This document shows, in pieces, positions 6,288 through 8,595 of a DNA stretch of 8,595 nt (the first letter of the stretch is position 1; each line of letters begins with the position of its first letter). Source of the DNA: a virus. Taxonomy: Duplodnaviria > Heunggongvirae > Uroviricota > Caudoviricetes. Location: IMG/VR virus record IMGVR_UViG_2778261121_000002; one strand, 5' to 3'. The notes under the pieces are model-generated. The model had not been told where the DNA came from. It saw nothing but the letters and a program-made list of their open reading frames with translations, and made no database searches. A program made the translations under genes and the position numbers.

Positions 6288-6317
6288 ACAAAAAAGCCCC
6301 GTAAGGATGGCGGGGCT
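6288..6317 (-). terminator. Rho-independent terminator after the 6352-6663 gene
   Basis: 7-bp stem agccccg / cggggct with a 9-nt loop; on the minus strand it is followed by ttttttgtatt. Confidence 0.65.
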
Positions 6318-6351
6318 GTCGTACGGTCGACTAATTACCACTTGCACATTA

Positions 6352-6663
6352 TCAGGCTATTGCCATCACTGATGCTCTCTGAATCTCTTGCTGGGCCACG
6401 CGGTTAACTTCCATCAAAGCCAGTTCGAGCTGATGTTCCGGCCACATTCTTTGAAATGCCACCCAGCCTTTTCCACGCTGGCGACGAACATTCATTACAT
6501 AACGAGTAAAGGTGTTTTTATCGAAAGACACCGCTGTTTCACGGAACAGACGAATAGAGGTTCCATTGGCAACGATGTCCAGCAAAGTTAATTGAGCAAC
6601 CAGCGCAGGCTTCTCTTTTCTCTTCTGGTCTTTGTCCAGACCAAGAACCAATGATTTTTTCAT
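6352..6663 (-). CDS. Hypothetical protein (104 aa)
   Basis: Start taken at the ATG preceded by RBS acggag. The upstream in-frame ATG at 6693 lies inside conserved module C and lacks an RBS. Confidence 0.7.
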   Translation of the reverse strand: MKKSLVLGLDKDQKRKEKPALVAQLTLLDIVANGTSIRLFRETAVSFDKNTFTRYVMNVRRQRGKGWVAFQRMWPEHQLELALMEVNRVAQQEIQRASVMAIA

Positions 6664-6728
6664 CACAACTCCGTAAACAACTTGTTTTCTCAATGGCGTA
6701 AATAATACCAGTAAGAAAACGGCTACAA
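6664..6728 (-). promoter_or_regulatory. Conserved promoter/leader module C
   Basis: Minus-strand reading: TTGTAG, 15 nt, TGgTATTAT, then TTACGCCATTGAGAAAACAAGTTGTTTACGGAG..., ATG. Confidence 0.55.
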
Positions 6729-6789
6729 AGCATATTGATCAGGTGCATGAGCGATATGCAGGTTCTTCCCTGCGGCTACAGATTAAGTT

Positions 6790-6808
6790 AAGCCAGCAAT
6801 GCTGGCTT
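6790..6808. other. 8-bp stem hairpin just downstream of the 6818-7147 gene
   Basis: aagccagc-aat-gctggctt. No convincing U-tract on the minus strand, so function is uncertain. Confidence 0.35.
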
Positions 6809-6817
6809 TGGTTGTGA

Positions 6818-7147
6818 TTACGCGAATACCTCAAGAAACTCCTGAACGTCCCAATGCTGGACGAGGTGAAGATAGACCTTAGAAATCACGTCATTTTCGC
6901 TATCGCATGTGAAGTAGTACTTCTGGCTGCGGTTGTATGTGTCCACACAAAATTCGCTCATATCCATAAAGTCAGCATCTTCACCCAGGTCGCTGATCAT
7001 CAAAGCAGGTGCGTCATCACGAGTCATCAGTTCCAGCACCCATCTTGAATTGATCAGAGTGGAAGACCAACCTTCTAACTCATAAAACTGATCAAACTCT
7101 TTTTGAGTTAATTTCTTGATTTGGTTGATGTCGATATTTGTAAACAT
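6818..7147 (-). CDS. Hypothetical strongly acidic protein (109 aa)
   Basis: Start taken at the ATG preceded by aagga + 7 nt. The upstream ATG at 7168 lies inside module D. Hand count: 21 Asp/Glu against 8 Lys/Arg. Confidence 0.7.
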   Translation of the reverse strand: MFTNIDINQIKKLTQKEFDQFYELEGWSSTLINSRWVLELMTRDDAPALMISDLGEDADFMDMSEFCVDTYNRSQKYYFTCDSENDVISKVYLHLVQHWDVQEFLEVFA

Positions 7148-7212
7148 AAAGCAATCCTTAAACAACATGTTTTCTTGATGGTGTTATTATCGCAATAACG
7201 CATAGGCGAAAA
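7148..7212 (-). promoter_or_regulatory. Conserved promoter/leader module D
   Basis: Minus-strand reading: TGcGATAAT, then AACACCATCAAGAAAACATGTTGTTTAAGGATTGCTTT, ATG. Confidence 0.55.
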
Positions 7213-7473
7213 AGGATTTTGTTCCGGTAAATGTGGTTTTGGCAGTGAGTTTTCAGGTTCAGTACCGAGTACACTTTTTACATTATTCTGATTTAGTGGC
7301 CGAAAGTGGCTGGTGGCAGAGTAATCCTCTCCCCAAAAACCTACTGAAATCGATTGTGACCCGTTGGCTGTCTGGCACAATTACGCTGTAGCTGGGCATT
7401 CAGAGGGAATCCAGCGGTAAGCAAGTCCGCCTACGTGAGCGCCTCTCTTCTTCCCGCACATTACAGGTGGGTA

Positions 7474-7646
7474 GCCGCAACTTTCCCTCTCGCTATACCG
7501 GTACGCCACCGTTCCTGAAACGGCATCGAGCCTTCTCCCGAAATCCACACAGGCAACTCGACCGTTTCCCTGAAAATCCCCAGCCGTTCCCCGAAGGCAA
7601 CCCAGCCGTTTCTGTAGCGGGATGCAACCTTTTCCCTGTATGGACG
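7474..7646. repeat. Iteron array 2: about seven direct copies of CCGTTTCCC(T)GAAAA-like units with 22-bp phasing
   Basis: Copies begin near 7476, 7509, 7531, 7562, 7584, 7606 and 7628 (spacings 33, 22, 31, 22, 22, 22), e.g. accgtttccctgaaaatcccc, agccgttccccgaaggc, agccgtttctgtagcgg. Confidence 0.65.
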
Positions 7647-7689
7647 AAGGCTGACCGTAGGGGTGTTACGGGGGATAAAATCAGGAGTT

Positions 7690-7724
7690 GAATAAATACG
7701 AAAAAGGAGGCGACACCCCTCCTT
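7690..7724 (-). terminator. Orphan intrinsic terminator on the minus strand
   Basis: 7-bp stem aaggagg / cctcctt with a 7-nt loop (plus 7704-7724); on the minus strand it is followed by tttcgtatttatt. No credible ORF lies upstream of it. Confidence 0.5.
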
Positions 7725-7756
7725 CCCTCCCCACTTATACATACCTGTCTTGTTCG

Positions 7757-7790
7757 CTATACATGTTGTGTTTTCTTCGTGTTTTATCTG
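7757..7790 (-). promoter_or_regulatory. Degenerate fifth copy (module E) of the conserved promoter/leader motif
   Basis: Minus-strand reading: GATAAA-ACACGA-AGAAAACA-CAACATG. It shares the AGAAAACA core but has different spacing and no downstream gene. Confidence 0.3.
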
Positions 7791-8245
7791 TTTCAACCTC
7801 TCTATAGGCGTTAATGCTCACTCCTTCCAGAACGTTCTATACGGCGACTATTTCTGTTGGTGAATTGGGTGTGTTGTTTCCCTGTCGGTGTATGTGGTTT
7901 CGTTAGTTTTGCGGTGGTTCTTCTATGGGGTGTTCTCGTCGTTTTGGTGATTGTTCTTCTCCGTGTATGGAGTAATAGCAGGTGGGCGATTGCTTTCGTT
8001 ATTGTGTTTGAGTTGTTTGACTGGAGTGTGTGGAAGGCTTTTGTAGTTATTCGTGTATTGGGTAATGGCATTTCCCGTGATTGTTATGTTTCGTGTCTTT
8101 TGGGATTGAGAGAAGCCTTGCGGTTACAGGCTTCGTTGGGGTTTCAGCGGTTCAGGTGTTTCTTCGCTGTTTGGGTAATGGCGTGTCGTGGGTATCGCGC
8201 GTATGAATGTTTTCGGATTGCCTGTGAAAGTTAGGTTGGTTGTCC

Positions 8246-8310
8246 GGTAGCCTGGGGAGAAGAGGTGGGTCTTTTCGGTAGCCTGCCATAAAGAGGTTGG
8301 TTGTTTTTGG
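8246..8310. repeat. Dispersed ~70-bp repeat, copy 2 (internal sub-repeat cggtagcctg twice)
   Basis: Aligns with 5064-5135; see copy 1. Confidence 0.5.
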
Positions 8311-8322
8311 AAATAGCATTTG

Positions 8323-8339
8323 TGTTATTTAGTTGTTTT
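8323..8339. repeat. 17-bp direct repeat tgttatttagttgtttt (second copy at 8554-8570)
   Basis: Identical 17-mer at both positions with similar flanks (ttat follows both). Confidence 0.45.
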
Positions 8340-8500
8340 GTTATGCCTGAAAATAAGTTGTTTATACGGTTGTGTAACGCAACGGGAGCGATTTTGAGCG
8401 TGTGTTTTTGTTGGTAGTGTGTTGGGTCGTCTGTGGTGAAAATTGGACGCTGTGGCGCTGTCTGCTGCGTAGAGTTACGGGTATAAGAAATGATGTGTGA

Positions 8501-8545
8501 AAACGTCAATTTTTTAGACCAAATCGGGTGAAAGCGTTGACGTTT
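8501..8545. other. 9-bp inverted repeat aaacgtcaa / ttgacgttt separated by 27 bp
   Basis: Perfect inverted repeat. The loop is too long for a typical terminator, so it is more likely a protein-binding dyad. Confidence 0.4.
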
Positions 8546-8595
8546 CGTTGATCTGTTATTTAGTTGTTTTCTTATTTGTATAAACAACCATAACC

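Larger units (their letters stand above)
7800..8595. other. Strongly G+T-skewed (plus strand), apparently non-coding region
   Basis: Hand count of 7861-7920 gives 49 of 60 bases G or T. ORFs here start with TTG and translate to low-complexity peptides. The region contains dispersed direct and inverted repeats. Confidence 0.5.

Noticed and set aside
4976-7212. T7/T3-type single-subunit RNA polymerase promoters
   Set aside because: The conserved module starts with AATTAAC, like the T3 promoter, but lacks the essential TATAGGGAGA-type initiation region, and each copy has a plausible sigma70 -10 box instead.
7461-7796. ORFs 7461-7796 (minus, TTG start) and 7467-7691 (plus) across iteron array 2
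   Set aside because: Same reasoning as for array 1: repeat-derived translation, non-ATG start, no RBS.
7811-8587. ORFs 7811-8071, 7857-8234 and 8231-8587 in the GT-rich tail
   Set aside because: The translations are low-complexity, driven by extreme base skew. Starts are TTG or lack an RBS.
1-8595. tRNA, rRNA, transposase or integrase genes, and IS terminal inverted repeats
   Set aside because: No cloverleaf-compatible segments, no large ORFs with recombinase-like motifs, and no terminal inverted repeats bracketing an ORF were seen by eye.

Overview
This 8.6-kb window is a gene-dense accessory-type region of small ORFs with Enterobacteriaceae-style signals (AGGA-type ribosome-binding sites, sigma70-like promoters, intrinsic terminators). 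No rRNA, tRNA, CRISPR array or transposase was recognised. Whether the source is a phage, plasmid or integrative element cannot be decided from the sequence alone, and everything here is read by eye without database searches. The window has three coding blocks. (1) Positions 1-2490 are a visibly AT-rich plus-strand cassette: an HNH-motif nuclease whose frame is open to the window edge, a 173-aa protein with two Rof/YaeO-like repeats, and two paralogous small signal-peptide proteins created by a tandem duplication that left a 51-bp perfect direct repeat. (2) Positions 2615-3951 are a compact plus-strand three-gene operon with a strong promoter and two tandem terminators. (3) Positions 4493-7147 hold six small minus-strand genes; four transcription units share a conserved promoter/leader module. 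The most interesting signals are non-coding: two direct iteron arrays with about 22-bp phasing (4365-4486 and 7474-7646), an inverted-repeat-rich region (3955-4365), a roughly 70-bp dispersed repeat, and a strongly G+T-skewed, apparently non-coding tail (7800-8595). Apart from the HNH motif and the Rof-like similarity, all proteins are unassigned.
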